The position numbers and the translations under genes were made by a program. 64,000 nucleotides of DNA from an uncultured Planctomycetia bacterium (GTDB taxonomy: Bacteria > Planctomycetota > Planctomycetia > Pirellulales > PALSA-1355), in the NCBI GenBank assembly GCA_963801675.1, contig CAWDFN010000001.1:4439427-4503426 (forward strand), written 5' to 3'. Below the pieces are notes generated by a model that did not search any database, was not told the origin of the DNA, and was given only the letters and a program-made list of their open reading frames with translations. Position 1 is the first letter of the stretch. The number at the start of each line of letters is the position of its first letter. Positions 40,180 to 53,622 of this stretch are shown here, piece by piece.

Positions 40180-40278
40180 TCACAGGGCCTGCGGAGTGGC
40201 AAGCAGGAACCACAGCACAACCCCGACCACGACCAGAACCACGACAATCAGAATGTGATGGTGCTTAACGCCGTACAT
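40180..40278 (-). CDS. 32-aa single-pass membrane microprotein (MYGVKHHHILIVVVLVVVGVVLWFLLATPQAL)
   Basis: GGAGG 6 nt upstream of the ATG; clean TM helix; not in the ORF track. Confidence 0.55.
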   Translation of the reverse strand: MYGVKHHHILIVVVLVVVGVVLWFLLATPQAL

Positions 40279-40839
40279 GGCCATCCTCCGCTTGTTGGGC
40301 CTTGGTTTACCGGGGCATTATAGGGCTGGGAGCCATCCGAACCAACGTCGAAGCAGGCGTCGCTGCTTTGTTCGGAGGCGAGCGCACAGGGTAAGGCCGC
40401 CCATGAGTGCGGCATCAGGCCACGGCCACCGCCCGGCGTCGCTGGCGACGTCATCCCCCCGCGAGTTTACGAGTCCGATCGCGCCACGCGACTCGTTTGC
40501 ACGGCCCTGGCCGCGTGGGAGATTTCGATAAAAACCGCGTTCGGCCGAAAATCTTCGTCCGATTTTGCAATTTTTGGTGCCTAGTGGTATAGGGGGAAAC
40601 CGCCTGAGTACATCGCCGCGTCTGGTTCCGCATTGACCCAGCGCGTGCGGTCTCCGGGGCCTGCTGATTGTCCTACCAAGGTCAGCAGGCCCTTTTTATT
40701 GTCCCCGGCTCGATTTGACGTTCGTCGCGGACCATGCGGCCTTCTTTCGCAACATGGCGGAAATACCATGTTGTCTTTTTGCATCTGGGCCAACCTCGTG
40801 GCGGGCGTTTTTCCTGGGTCTTTCCGCCACTGGCCTCAC

Positions 40840-40855
40840 TGGCACGCGACGTGCA
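40840..40855 (+). promoter_or_regulatory. Sigma-54 (-24/-12) promoter candidate
   Basis: TGGCAC-N5-GTGCA, with correct GG/GC spacing, 56 bp before ATG 40912. Confidence 0.5.
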
Positions 40856-40911
40856 TTTGGTCCCAACCAAGTCTCGTTTTTCACATCTTTGAGTCCCCTC
40901 GGGAGATTACG

Positions 40912-41286
40912 ATGAAGAAGTTGGCAATCATTTGCGTTGCGGCAGTATTGTTCGCTGGTATGGTCGGTTCGGTTTCGGCCGCCGAGCGCGTTCCGGCGTC
41001 AACGCTGGCCAGCATGGGCTTCAGCAGCGTCCACCAGATCTCGGACGTCGACGGTCTGGCCGTTCGCGGCAAGGGCACCAGCGCTGGCGTTTGGGGTCAG
41101 AGCACCGCCGTTTTTGGCCCGAACACCTCGTCGAACGGCTACAGCGCTTCGGCCAGCCACCATTACGGTAGCTCCACGGCCAACGGCAGCAACAGCAGCT
41201 TCGCCGGTGTCACCAACACGTTTGGCCACTTTGTCAGCTCGACCATCGTCTCGGCCGGCGGCGCCTCGTCCGCGTACGCCAAGTAA
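40912..41286 (+). CDS. Small secreted Ser/Gly/Asn-rich protein
   Basis: GGGAG RBS, Sec signal MKKLAIICVAAVLFAGMVGSVSA, ISDVDGLAVRGKG motif, low-complexity C-terminus. Confidence 0.8.
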   Translation: MKKLAIICVAAVLFAGMVGSVSAAERVPASTLASMGFSSVHQISDVDGLAVRGKGTSAGVWGQSTAVFGPNTSSNGYSASASHHYGSSTANGSNSSFAGVTNTFGHFVSSTIVSAGGASSAYAK

Positions 41287-41341
41287 TTTGAAGCCTCGCG
41301 GTCGTCGGGCGGCCCGGTCCTCGGGCAGGCTCGCCTAATCC

Positions 41342-41386
41342 AGCGGCCCTGGTGCCCACTGTGCGGCACCAGGGCCGCTCTTCGTT
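41342..41386 (+). terminator. Hairpin terminator candidate
   Basis: 15-bp perfect stem AGCGGCCCTGGTGCC/GGCACCAGGGCCGCT followed by CTTCGTT. Confidence 0.55.
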
Positions 41387-41550
41387 CCTGGATTTCTGGC
41401 TGCAAATGCGGTGAAGCGCCGGATCGGGAGGCAACGTTGCTGCTGGACAGCCGGCGGAGCGGCCAAATATGATGGAACGCGTGTGCTGAGCGTTTGGCTT
41501 AGCCGCTGGGTGAGCCCGGGCATTCCCGCTAAAGCATTCAGTTTCCCTCC

Positions 41551-44500
41551 ATGACGGCGCACGTCGGCCCGGCAATTCGAATTGCAGTGATCGCGGCAGC
41601 ATGGCTGCCGTTGGCCGGCAGTGCCGCATTGGTGGCGGCCGATCCTTCCACCGCCAAGATCGACTACAACCGCGACATTCGCCCGATCTTGTCGAACAAC
41701 TGCTTCCAGTGCCACGGCCCCGACGAAACCCAGCGACAGACCGGGCTGCGGCTCGACGTGGCCGAATTGGCCCGGCAGCCGGCCGAGTCGGGCGAAACGG
41801 CCGTCGTGCCCGGCAAACCCGAGCGAAGCGAGCTGGTGGCCCGGATTGGCGCCGTCGACGAAGAGCGTCGCATGCCGCCGGCCGATAGCAACAAGAAGCT
41901 GACCGAGGGGCAAAAACAACTGCTCAAGCAGTGGATTGCCGAAGGAGCCGCGGTCGAAACCCATTGGTCGCTCGTCGTCCCCAGGCGGCCAGCGCTAACG
42001 GCGGTTGGCGATCGCTCGTGGCCGCGCAATGAAATCGATCTGTTCGTGCTCAATCGGCTCGACCGTGAGGGGCTCAAGCCGTCGCCGCCGGCTGATCGGG
42101 TGGCGCTCGTGCGACGTGTCTATTTGGATCTCATCGGCCTGTTGCCCGCGCCCGAGGAGGCCGATGCGGTTGCCCGAGACCCGCGTCCGAAGGCGTACGA
42201 AGAATTGGTCGACCGGCTGCTCGACTCGCCTCACTACGGCGAGCGTTGGGCCCGGCGTTGGCTCGATCTGGCGCGGTACTCCGATACCAACGGCTATGAG
42301 AAAGACCGCCCGCGATCGATCTGGCCCTATCGCGATTGGGTGATTCGCGCGCTAAACGCCGACATGCCGTTCGATCGGTTCACGATCGAGCAAATTGCTG
42401 GCGACCTGCTGCCGAATGCCACGCTCGACCAGAAAGTTGCCACGGGTTTCCATCGCAACACGATGCTGAACGAAGAAGGGGGCATCGACGTCGAGGAGTT
42501 TCGCTTTTACTCGGTGGTCGATCGCGTCAGCACGACCGGCGCGGTTTGGCTGGGCCTGACCGTTGGTTGCGCTCAATGCCACAACCACAAGTTCGATCCG
42601 ATCACGCAGCGCGAGTACTATCAACTGTTCGCATTCTTGAACAACTCGGACGAACCGGAGTTGGAGGTTCCGCAGGTCGAGGTCGCGGCCGGGCGAGCGG
42701 CCGTCGAAGCTAAGATCTTGACGATTGTCGCTCAGCGCAACGCGCAATTCGACGAGGCAAAGTTTGCCGCTTGGACGAGCGAAGCGGCCAAGACGGCGGG
42801 GCATTGGCCGCCCGTTGCCCCGGCCTCGGCAATTTCCACAGGCCACGCCACGCTATCGGTGCTTGCCGACGGCTCGGTGCTGGCCAGCGGCGACAAGCCG
42901 AACCAGGACACGTACATCGTCGAGCTGCCGTGCGCCTTGCCGCGCGTGAGCGGCATCCGGCTCGAAGTATTGCCGCATGCGAGTTTGCCGGAAGGAGGGC
43001 CCGGCCGAGCACCGCTCTACTCTGAAGGCGACTTCATGTTGGGCGAGTTTTCAGTTGCGGAGCTTTCGTCGGGCGAATCATCATCCGCGCCGCGGCCGAT
43101 CGCGTTGAAAAACGCAACCGACAGTTACGCCAGTGAAAAATCGTCCGCCGCGCAAACGATCGACAACGATCTCGACACCGGCTGGAGCATCAAAGGCCGC
43201 GCTGGTCAGCCGCACCGGGCGGTGTTTCAGTTCGAACAACCGCTTGTTGCGCCCGCCGGCACGCGGCTGCAAGTCACTTTGGATCATCGCTACATTCATC
43301 AGATGGTCATTGGCCGCTTCCGGCTTTCGCTCACCGCCGCCGACGCTCCGACTGCTTCTACCTTGCCGGGCGAGGTCGAGGCGATCCTGGCCGCCGATCC
43401 CAAGCAGCACACCGCCGACGAGCAGCGCCAGTTGCGAGACTACTATCTCACGGTCGCACCCGAACTGGCCGAGTTCAACAAGCAGATTGCCGAATTGCGC
43501 AAGGGCATGCCCAAGCCGCTCACTACGCTGGTAATGGAGGAGCGCGACGCGGCCCATGCCCGTACGACGCGGCTGGCACATCGGGGCGAGTTTTTAAGTC
43601 CGCGCGATCCGGTTGATCCGGGGGTGCCTGGCGTATTGCACGGCTTGCCCGCGGGCGCGCCGCCGAATCGCTTGACGCTGGCCCGCTGGCTGGTCGACCC
43701 GCGCAATCCGCTGGTGGCCCGCGTGGTGATGAATCGGCATTGGCAGTATTTCTTCGGCCGTGGGCTGGTCCGCACGACCGAGGATTTTGGCGTTCGCGGC
43801 GAGCCGCCGAGCCATCCGGAATTGCTGGACTACCTGGCCACCGAGTTTGTCGCACGCGGCTGGTCGCTCAAGCAGATGCACCGGCTGATCGTCACCAGTG
43901 CCGCATACCGCCAGTCGTCGCAGTTGACGCCAGCGCTCGGCGAGCGGGACCCCAACAACATGCTGTTGGCGCGCGGGCCGCGGCTGCGCGTCGAGGCCGA
44001 GGCGGTGCGCGACATGGCGCTTTGTGCCAGCGGTCTACTGAGCGAGAAGCTGGGCGGCGCGAGCGTCTATCCTCCGCAGCCGGCCGGCGTGCTCGAACTG
44101 GCCTGGGGCGGCGGCGGCTGGCCGACGAGCGAGGGTGCTGATCGCTTTCGACGCGGCTTGTATACCTACTTGAAGCGGACCAGTCCCTACGCGCAGTTCA
44201 CCACGTTCGACGCCCCCAGCGGCGAGAACTGCGTCGTGCGCCGCGAGCGTTCGAACACGCCGCTACAGGCCTTGACGCTGCTGAACGACACCGTGTTCGT
44301 CGACGCGGCCCAGGCCCTGGCTCGCCGCGTGTTGAAGTCGAGCGACGCCGCCGTCGACGCTCGGGCCCGGGCGCTGTTTCGCTCGTGCCTGACGCGGGAG
44401 CCGACGTCCGAGGAACTCGGCGACCTGCAAAAGTTCTATCAGGCGCAACGTGCACGGTTGGAACAGGGCCAGCTCGATGCCAAGGCAATTGCAGGAAAAG

Positions 44501-44592
44501 ATTCGGCGGCCGATCAAGTCGTCGAGCTGGCCGCGTGGACGCTCGTCGCCCGCGCCGTCTTGAACCTCGACGAGTTCGTCACCAAGGAATAG
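41551..44592 (+). CDS. Planctomycete cytochrome c / DUF1549 / DUF1553 protein
   Basis: [35 protein letters not shown] and SNTPLQAL motifs. Confidence 0.93.
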   Translation: MTAHVGPAIRIAVIAAAWLPLAGSAALVAADPSTAKIDYNRDIRPILSNNCFQCHGPDETQRQTGLRLDVAELARQPAESGETAVVPGKPERSELVARIGAVDEERRMPPADSNKKLTEGQKQLLKQWIAEGAAVETHWSLVVPRRPALTAVGDRSWPRNEIDLFVLNRLDREGLKPSPPADRVALVRRVYLDLIGLLPAPEEADAVARDPRPKAYEELVDRLLDSPHYGERWARRWLDLARYSDTNGYEKDRPRSIWPYRDWVIRALNADMPFDRFTIEQIAGDLLPNATLDQKVATGFHRNTMLNEEGGIDVEEFRFYSVVDRVSTTGAVWLGLTVGCAQCHNHKFDPITQREYYQLFAFLNNSDEPELEVPQVEVAAGRAAVEAKILTIVAQRNAQFDEAKFAAWTSEAAKTAGHWPPVAPASAISTGHATLSVLADGSVLASGDKPNQDTYIVELPCALPRVSGIRLEVLPHASLPEGGPGRAPLYSEGDFMLGEFSVAELSSGESSSAPRPIALKNATDSYASEKSSAAQTIDNDLDTGWSIKGRAGQPHRAVFQFEQPLVAPAGTRLQVTLDHRYIHQMVIGRFRLSLTAADAPTASTLPGEVEAILAADPKQHTADEQRQLRDYYLTVAPELAEFNKQIAELRKGMPKPLTTLVMEERDAAHARTTRLAHRGEFLSPRDPVDPGVPGVLHGLPAGAPPNRLTLARWLVDPRNPLVARVVMNRHWQYFFGRGLVRTTEDFGVRGEPPSHPELLDYLATEFVARGWSLKQMHRLIVTSAAYRQSSQLTPALGERDPNNMLLARGPRLRVEAEAVRDMALCASGLLSEKLGGASVYPPQPAGVLELAWGGGGWPTSEGADRFRRGLYTYLKRTSPYAQFTTFDAPSGENCVVRRERSNTPLQALTLLNDTVFVDAAQALARRVLKSSDAAVDARARALFRSCLTREPTSEELGDLQKFYQAQRARLEQGQLDAKAIAGKDSAADQVVELAAWTLVARAVLNLDEFVTKE

Positions 44593-44606
44593 GCGCGAGA
44601 GCGAAC

Positions 44607-46055
<1,449 letters not shown>

Positions 46056-46127
46056 TCAGGCAGTTGTCGTTGACGTGTCCAGAAGGGCGGTAGCTGAATC
46101 GCGTTCCTGAATAGCCGTGGTGCGATT

Positions 46128-46451
46128 TTGAAGTCAATTTTTTGGTACACGATCTCTGCTTGTCTTCTGACGTCTGCACTATTCACGGTGGCGGCATTTG
46201 TTCTTTGCATATACTACCAATGCCGCTGTGCATTCCATCGTAGGGCCGGCGTCACGATTCTCGAGGGCATGGTTTTACTTCTCACCATCTTGCACCCGGA
46301 GAATTTCTCGGATTCCGGCCAAGTAATGCGAAAGCGTCTTTTGCGATCGCTGCGCGGCTTCTTCTTGGGAATGGCCGCGGTCGCGATTTGCATTACATTG
46401 AAGGTTGTTGCGGACAAAACCGGAGCGAGTCCGTACACTGTGCATCTTTGA
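46128..46451 (+). CDS. Small membrane hypothetical protein
   Basis: Hydrophobic segments; lower GC. Confidence 0.45.
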   Translation: MKSIFWYTISACLLTSALFTVAAFVLCIYYQCRCAFHRRAGVTILEGMVLLLTILHPENFSDSGQVMRKRLLRSLRGFFLGMAAVAICITLKVVADKTGASPYTVHL

Positions 46452-46471
46452 CTCCGAGAGGCCTCAAATCT

Positions 46472-46705
46472 GTGAAGACAACGCACGTGTACCGCAGCTA
46501 TGTATTCACGATCGAGTACCAGCCTCACGAGCCAGTGTACTCCGCTGATTTTCCTGACATGCCGGACATTATCACCAGTGGCGATACGTTGGCGGAGGCC
46601 TTCGCCAACGCTTGCGACGCTTTGGATTTGCACCTCGAAAGCTTGCAAAAGCTGGGTTTGCCGCTTCCAACGCCTAGGCATCGTCTTGTCGTGGAATCAA
46701 CGTAG
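46472..46705 (+). CDS. HicB-like antitoxin domain protein
   Basis: YSADFPDMPDIITSGDTLAEAFANACDAL...LPLP matches the HicB N-terminal fold. Confidence 0.8.
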   Translation: MKTTHVYRSYVFTIEYQPHEPVYSADFPDMPDIITSGDTLAEAFANACDALDLHLESLQKLGLPLPTPRHRLVVEST

Positions 46706-46735
46706 ACACATTCTCGGGAGCGAAGATCTGATCTG

Positions 46736-47855
46736 ATGGAAATCACGCAAGTCGTCTGCCAGATTCTGCGGATTCAAAACGTCCAGGCCAAGACGGCCAG
46801 CAGCCAGGACGCGGTGATCGTGCGCGTGCGCACCGACACGGGCTTGGAGGGCATCGGCGAGGCCGACGCGTCGCCCGAGGTCGTCAAGGCGATCGTCGAC
46901 GCCCCGTTCAGCCACAACATCGCCTGCGGCTTGCGCCAAATTCTCGTCGGCGAAAACCCGCTCGAGACCGAGCGGCTGTGGCAGAAGATGTATCGCCGCA
47001 CGATGTACTTCGGCCGCACGTCGGTCGGCATCACGGCCATGGCCGCCGTCGACATGGCGCTGTGGGATCTCAAGGGCAAGCACTACGGCGAGCCGATTCA
47101 CCGGCTGCTGGGCGGCAAGCAGCATCGCGCGCATCAAGGCCTACGCGTCGATCCTGTTCGGCCGCGACGGCAAGGAAACCTCCGACATCGCCCGCCGCTG
47201 GCGCGAGGCCGGCTATCAGGCCGTCAAGTGCGGTTGGGAACCGATGGGCCAGAGCGAGGCGCTCGACGTCGAGCTGGTGCGCGGCGCCCGCGAAGGATTG
47301 GGCGAGGGCACGCTGTTGATCGACGCCGGCTGCGTGTGGGACGCCCGCACGGCGCTGCGCCGGGCGCACGCCTTTGCCGAGTTCGGCATCGAGTGGCTCG
47401 AAGAGCCGCTGCGCGAGGACGACATCGACGGCTACGTCTGGCTACGCGACCGCTCGCCGGTGCCGATCGCCTCGGGCGAAGGAGAATGCGGCCGCGAGGC
47501 GTTCCGCCCGTTGATCGACCGCCATGCGCTCGACGTCTACCAGGTCGACCTGTCGCGCAACGGGTTCACCGACGCCGCGTACATTCGGGCTCGGGTCGAA
47601 GAACGCGGGGCCCGGCTGTGCAATCACTGCTACACCAGCCCGCTGACGGTGGCCGCCAGCCTGCACTGGCTGTGCACCTGCCGCGACGCGTTCATGTTCG
47701 AGGACTGCGTGGAAGACTCGCCGTTGCGGCACGAATTGACCCACGAAAAAGTGCAGGCCGTCGACGGTTGGATCACGGTGCCGGACAAACCCGGGCTGGG
47801 CGTGACGCTCGATGAGGACTTCGTCAAGGCGCACTTGATCTCGGAGTCGACATGA
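46736..47855 (+). CDS. Mandelate racemase/muconate lactonizing enzyme family (frameshift near 47130)
   Basis: VDMALWDLKGK, LLIDAG, WLEEP, IASGEGE and PGLGV motifs. Confidence 0.88.
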
Positions 47856-47890
47856 ACGAACGTCGTTGGCCAGCGAGCGGCGGGTGAGCG

Positions 47891-49176
47891 ATGTCCGACG
47901 AGCCAGAACGCCCGACCAACGTTCGCTATCTCGTATTGGCGGCCTTGTCGCTGGTGGCGGCGATCGCATACCTGCAACGCCAACTGATCGCGGTCGTGGC
48001 CGATCCTTTGCAACTCGACTTGCAATTGACCAAGACGCAAATGGGCTGGCTGATGTCGGGCTTCTTCGTCGGCTACGCCGTGTTCCAGATTCCCGCCGGC
48101 GCGCTAGCCGATCGTTGGGGAACCCGCAGGTCGCTGTCGCTGTTCGCGCTGCTGTGGTCGGTGGCGGCCGGGGCCATGGCATTGGCGGGCAGCTTTGTCA
48201 CCGCGGTCGTGCTATGGTTCGTCGCCGGCGCCGCGCAGGCGGGAGTGTTTCCCTGCGCCGCCAGTTCGATTTGTAAGTGGCTGCCCATTTCGCGGCGGGC
48301 GTTTGCCAGCGGCGCGCTGGCCAGTTGCATGTCGCTGGGCGGGGCACTATCGGCCTACCTCGCGGGCGAACTTTCGAGCGAGCTTGATTGGCGAGAATTA
48401 TTTGTTGCATTCGCACTGCCGGGGCTGGCGTGGGCGGCGGCCTTTTTTTGGTGGTTTCGCGATTCTCCCGCTCAGCACGATGCCACGAACGCCGCCGAAC
48501 GACGGCTGATCGCGGCCGAATCGGACGAACCATTGGCGGCCGGTACATCGGAAACACCCGTGAGCTTGCCGTGGATCACGATGCTTTCGAGCCGCTCGAT
48601 GTGGGCCATTTGCGGCCAGCAGTTCTTCCGCGCGGCGGCTTACATTTTCTTCGCCACCTGGTTTCCGACCTATTTAAGAGAAAGTCGGGGACTCTCGATC
48701 GCCGAGGCCGGCGCGCTGACCAGCTTGCCGCTGGTGGCGGTCGTTGTGGGCTCGCCGTTGGGCGGCATCGTTTCCGACTGGTTGTTGGTTCGCACCGGCA
48801 GCCGGCGGATCAGCCGCTGCGTGCTGTCGGCCGCCAGCATGTGGCTGTGTTCGGGGCTAATCTTGGCGGCCTGGTTCGTCGCCGACGCCCGGCTGGCCGT
48901 GCTGGTGATCAGCGCCGGCTCGTTTTGCGCGGCGTTCGGCGGGGTCAGTGCTTACACGATCACGATGGACATGGGGGGCCGGCACGTGGCAACCGTGTTC
49001 AGCGTGATGAACATGTGCGGCAATGTTGGGGCCGCGCTTTTCCGCTCGTCGTGGGGCGGCTCGTCGAACAGAGCGGCAATTGGGACCAGGTGTTGCCGCT
49101 GTTCGCCGCCATCTATGCCGCGGCAGCCGTCTGCTGGATGCTGCTCAATCCGCGGCGTATGATCTTTTCCGACTGA
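47891..49176 (+). CDS. MFS transporter, ACS-like (frameshift near 49040)
   Basis: GALADRWGTRR motif, multiple TMs, MNMCGNVG. Confidence 0.88.
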
Positions 49177-49205
49177 CGAAACGCGCCCCGGAGGAGCAGC
49201 CCATC

Positions 49206-50654
49206 ATGCCACACGTCGATTTTCCGCAAACATTATGCTCGGGCGGCGTCGCCCGGTGCGACATCACGCCGCCGGTCGGCGCGTACCATCGGATGTGGGG
49301 CGCGGCGACGCACGACCGCTCGACCGGCATTCATCGGCCGCTCGAAGCGACCGTGCTGGCACTGCGGGCTGGTGGCCAGCAACAATCGGCCGTCAAAGGG
49401 CCGACGACGCAAGTGCTCGTCACGGTCGATCATTGCCTGCTGTGGACCGAAGAGATGGACTCCTTGCGGGCCACGGTCTGCCGGGGGGCCAATCTAGCTC
49501 CCGAACAGTTGCAGATCGCCTTCACGCACACGCACGCTGCCGGTTTGATGGATCCCGCGCGGGCCGACCTGCCCGGCGGTGACTTGATCGCCGGCTATCT
49601 CAAGGAAATGGCCGAGCGAATTTCCGAGGCGGTTCGCGAGGCGCTGGCATCGATCCGGCCGATTGGCATCGTGTATGGACGCGGCCGATGCAGCCTGGCC
49701 GCGAATCGCGATTTTTGGGACGACGAGAACAAGCTGTTCGCCTGCGGGTTCAATCCGGCCGGCCCATGCGACGACACGGTGCTGGTGGCGCGAATCACCG
49801 ACGCCCAGTCGCAAACCGTGGCCACGTTGGTCAACTATGCCTGCCACCCGACGACGCTGGCCTGGGACAACACCCTGGTGAGCCCCGACTTTGTCGGCGC
49901 GATGCGCGAGCTGGTCGAGAGGGCTACTGCTGCGCCCTGCTTGTTCTTGCAAGGAGCCTCGGGCGATTTGGGGCCGCGGCACGGATACGTGGGGGACGTT
50001 GCGGTCGCCGATCGCAATGGCCGCGAGCTGGGTTACGCGGCCCTGGCGGCGCTCGAATCGCTGCCCGCGCCGGGATTGCGGTTTGAATACACCGGCCCGG
50101 TCATCTCGGGAGCCACGATCGGCACATGGGACTATCGGCCTTTGCCGGCCGACGAACTGGCGAAAAAGTCTCGCTGGCGGTGCCGGCAGTTCGACGTTGA
50201 CCTTCCCTATCGGGCCGACTTGCCGAATCGGGAGGAGACCGAAACGCAGCTCGCCGGCTGGCAAACCGAAGAGCAAGCCGCCACGCGGCAGGGGGACCAC
50301 GCGCTTGCCCGCGATTGCCGGGCCCAGGCCGAGCGGATGGCGCGGCAACTTTCGCGACTTCGTTCGCTACCGCCGGGCAAGAGCGTGCCGTTGGCGGTAT
50401 CGCTGTGGCAATTGGGGGACGCAATCTGGATCACCCTGCAAGGCGAGCACTACCACCTGTTGCAACGGGCCCTGCGCGAGCGATTCGCCGATCGTCCGCT
50501 GCTGATCGCCACCGTGAGCAACGGCTGGCGTCCCGGCTACTTGCCGACCGCCGAGACGTACGGGAAGGGGATTTATCAAGAGTCGATCGCGATCGCCGCT
50601 CCCGGCTCGCTGGAGCTACTGATCGACGCGATTGGCGAGCGGATTAGCGGGTAG
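49206..50654 (+). CDS. Neutral/alkaline ceramidase-like protein
   Basis: DITPP, THTHAA, VNYACHPT, FLQGASGD and GYLPT motifs. Confidence 0.8.
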   Translation: MPHVDFPQTLCSGGVARCDITPPVGAYHRMWGAATHDRSTGIHRPLEATVLALRAGGQQQSAVKGPTTQVLVTVDHCLLWTEEMDSLRATVCRGANLAPEQLQIAFTHTHAAGLMDPARADLPGGDLIAGYLKEMAERISEAVREALASIRPIGIVYGRGRCSLAANRDFWDDENKLFACGFNPAGPCDDTVLVARITDAQSQTVATLVNYACHPTTLAWDNTLVSPDFVGAMRELVERATAAPCLFLQGASGDLGPRHGYVGDVAVADRNGRELGYAALAALESLPAPGLRFEYTGPVISGATIGTWDYRPLPADELAKKSRWRCRQFDVDLPYRADLPNREETETQLAGWQTEEQAATRQGDHALARDCRAQAERMARQLSRLRSLPPGKSVPLAVSLWQLGDAIWITLQGEHYHLLQRALRERFADRPLLIATVSNGWRPGYLPTAETYGKGIYQESIAIAAPGSLELLIDAIGERISG

Positions 50655-50719
50655 GGGCCACGAGGCAAGCCAAGACTCATGGTCGGATTGCTGCCACGGT
50701 TCTGGGGTATGATAAACCC

Positions 50720-51202
50720 ATGGCCTTCCCTCGTTTTTCGATGAAGCAGTTGCTCGTGTCCATCCTGTGGATCTCGATCGGATTTGGCGGGATTGCATTT
50801 TCTTTGCGCGAGTGGAATCTATCTCTGCGACAGTCAGATGATTGGCTGGCGAATATCCAACCGATTGTGCATATTACGGCGCGAGTTGTTGGCTGGACTT
50901 TCGTTTGCATTGGTGTCATCGCTCTCGTCGCGACTCGACGACGAACGAAGGTGCTCATTGTTGCGTTATGCGGGGCCATCTTCGGATTGTTTGTCGGGGC
51001 GATGGCGTATCGTCCATCGTCTAGGATCGGCCATACGACCGCGGGTGAAGCGTTTGTGTACGTTGTGATGGCATTGGGATCCTTGCTTTTTCTAATTGTT
51101 CACGCGGTCGTCGTGAACACGACCTCCGAACCGGAAAAATACCCTGATCAGAGTGACCCGCCATCGGCGCGCGGTCGGGTTGGCAATTCAGGCTCGGATT
51201 GA
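50720..51202 (+). CDS. Membrane hypothetical protein
   Basis: PRFSMKQLL N-terminus and four TM segments; lower GC. Confidence 0.6.
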   Translation: MAFPRFSMKQLLVSILWISIGFGGIAFSLREWNLSLRQSDDWLANIQPIVHITARVVGWTFVCIGVIALVATRRRTKVLIVALCGAIFGLFVGAMAYRPSSRIGHTTAGEAFVYVVMALGSLLFLIVHAVVVNTTSEPEKYPDQSDPPSARGRVGNSGSD

Positions 51203-51269
51203 CTATGATTGATGCGTTTGCTGCCCGCCTTGTCATCCCGCCCCAGCGGTGCCCGAGGGTGTGATCCCA

Positions 51270-53595
51270 ATGTCGCCTCGCGTCGCCAAGTTGATCGTGA
51301 TTTGCACGCTGCTCGCGTCACTGGTGGGCATCAATTCGACGCGTTCGGACGAGCCTTACGGCCGCAGCCAGTTCGCGGCGGACATTCGCGATCACTGGTC
51401 GTTCCAAAGCCTCACGCGGCCCGAGGTTCCGGACGTTTCGGATCGTGATTGGGTGCGCAATCCGATCGACGCCTTCGTGCTGGCTGGGTTGAACGAAGCC
51501 GGACTGAAGCCCGCGCCGCCGACGCTGCGGGCGACGCTGCTTCGGCGGGTGTACATGGATCTGATCGGGCTGCCGCCGACGCCGGCCGAGCTCGACGCTT
51601 TTTTGGCGGACACGAGCCCGGCGGCATTTGAGAAAGTCGTCGACGATCTGCTGGCCCGGCCGCAATATGGCGAACGCTGGGCCCGGCATTGGCTCGACGT
51701 GGTCCGCTATGCCGAGACCAACGGCTACGAGCGCGACGGCCTGAAGCCGCAGGCCTGGCGCTATCGCGATTGGGTCATCGACGCTTTCAACGCCGACAAG
51801 CCGTACGACCGGTTTTTGATCGAGCAACTGGCCGGCGACGAGATTGCCGGCACAAACGCCGAAACGCAAATCGCGACCACGATGCTGCGGCTGGGCCCCT
51901 GGGACGACGAGCCGGCCGACAACCTGGTCGACCGCTACGACCAGTTGGACGACATCGTGGCTGCCACTTCGGCCACGTTCCTGGGGCTGACGCTTCGTTG
52001 TGCGCGCTGCCACGACCACAAGTTCGAGCCCTTTTCGCAAAAAGACTACACCCGCTGGCAGGCGATTTTCGCGCCGCTAAAACGCCCGCAGCGTGACCGG
52101 GCCGATTTGGACCGCGAGCTCGGTCCGCCTGCCGAAGTGGCAGCTTACCTGGCAACAGTCCAGCAGCTCGACGGACAGAAATCGCAAATCGAAAAGCAGA
52201 TCGGCGGGCTCGAGCGTGAGGTCTGCCAAAAGGCGGTCGCCGAGGGACGCTTGCCCGTGGCTGCCGAGTCGGTGGCGACGGGCGACAAGCCGGCCTCGGA
52301 ACAACTGGCGCAGCTTGCCAAGGAGGTTCCGGCCGAAGTGTTCACGGCGCTGACTTCGGATCCGGCCAAGCGGAACGATCAGCAGAAGAAACTTCTGACC
52401 AAGCACGCGGCGAAACTTACGGGCCTGGCGCGCGAATTGGCCAACGACGAACAGCGCGGACAGTGGGAGCAGTGGGACAAGGACCTGGCAGTCACCAAAA
52501 GCAAGTATCCCCCGCCGATGCCCAAGGGTTACATCTGGTACGAGGAAGGCAATTCGTTCGGCGCGAGCCGCGTGTTCCGGCGCGGCGACCCACGCAATCC
52601 GAGCGACGAAGTGGCCTCGGGCTTTCCGGCGGTGCTGGTCGACTCGCCCCCCGCGGCACCAACGCCGACGTCGCACTCAACCGGCCGACGTTTGCAGCTG
52701 GCCCATTGGCTGACCGCCCCCGACCATCCGCTGACCGCGCGCGTGATGGTCAACCGACTGTGGCAGCACCATTTCGGCGAAGGGATCGTGGCGACCGAAA
52801 ACGACTTTGGCGTCATGGGGTCTGCGCCGTCGAACCAGCCGCTATTGGATTGGCTGGCGTCAGCGAGTTCGTCGCGGGCGGTTGGCGGATCAAGCGGATG
52901 CATCGGATGATGGTGCTGTCGCAAACCTATCAGATGGCGTCGACGTCGAACCCGGCGGCGGAAAAAGTCGATCCGGAAGGAGCCTTGCTGTGGCGGTTCC
53001 GGCCGCGCCGGATCGAGGCCGAGTCGCTGCGCGACGCAGTCCTGGCTGTCAGCGGTCAATTGAATCTCACGCCGCGCGGGCCGGGCGTGTATCCAAAAAT
53101 CTCGCGAGCCGTGCTGGAAACCCAGAGTCGCGCCCGGCAGCGGGTGGGGAGCCTCCGGTGCGCGCGGACGCTTCACGGCGCAGCGTGTACGTTTTCGTCA
53201 AGCGGACGCTGCTACTGCCGGAGTTGGAAGTTTTGGATTTCCCCAGCACGGAGGAGACGTGCGAGCAGCGCGTGGTTTCGACAGTGGCACCGCAGGCATT
53301 AACGTTCTTAAATGGCGAATTCATCAACGAGCAGGCCCAGGCGTTCGCCTCGCGGCTGGCTAACGAGGCTGGGGCCGACAACGCGGCGCGGATCGATCGG
53401 GCCTATCGACTTGCGTTCGCTCGCATGCCGTCGGAGCAAGAACGAGCGTCGGTGATCGACTTCCTCGCCAAACAGCAGATACAAATCGAAGCCGACTCAA
53501 AGGGCCAAATCGCCGGCGAAGCGGCGCGGACGAAGGCACTGGCGGCACTGTGCCTGGTCTTGTTGAATACCAATGAATTTGCATATTTGCAATAG
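51270..53595 (+). CDS. DUF1549/DUF1553 protein (frameshifts near 52860 and 53135-53170)
   Basis: NPIDAF, YGERWARHWLD, CARCHDHKF, RRSVYVF and VAPQAL motifs. Confidence 0.88.
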
Positions 53596-53622
53596 TCGCG
53601 ATCGACTGCCGGGAGACCACAT

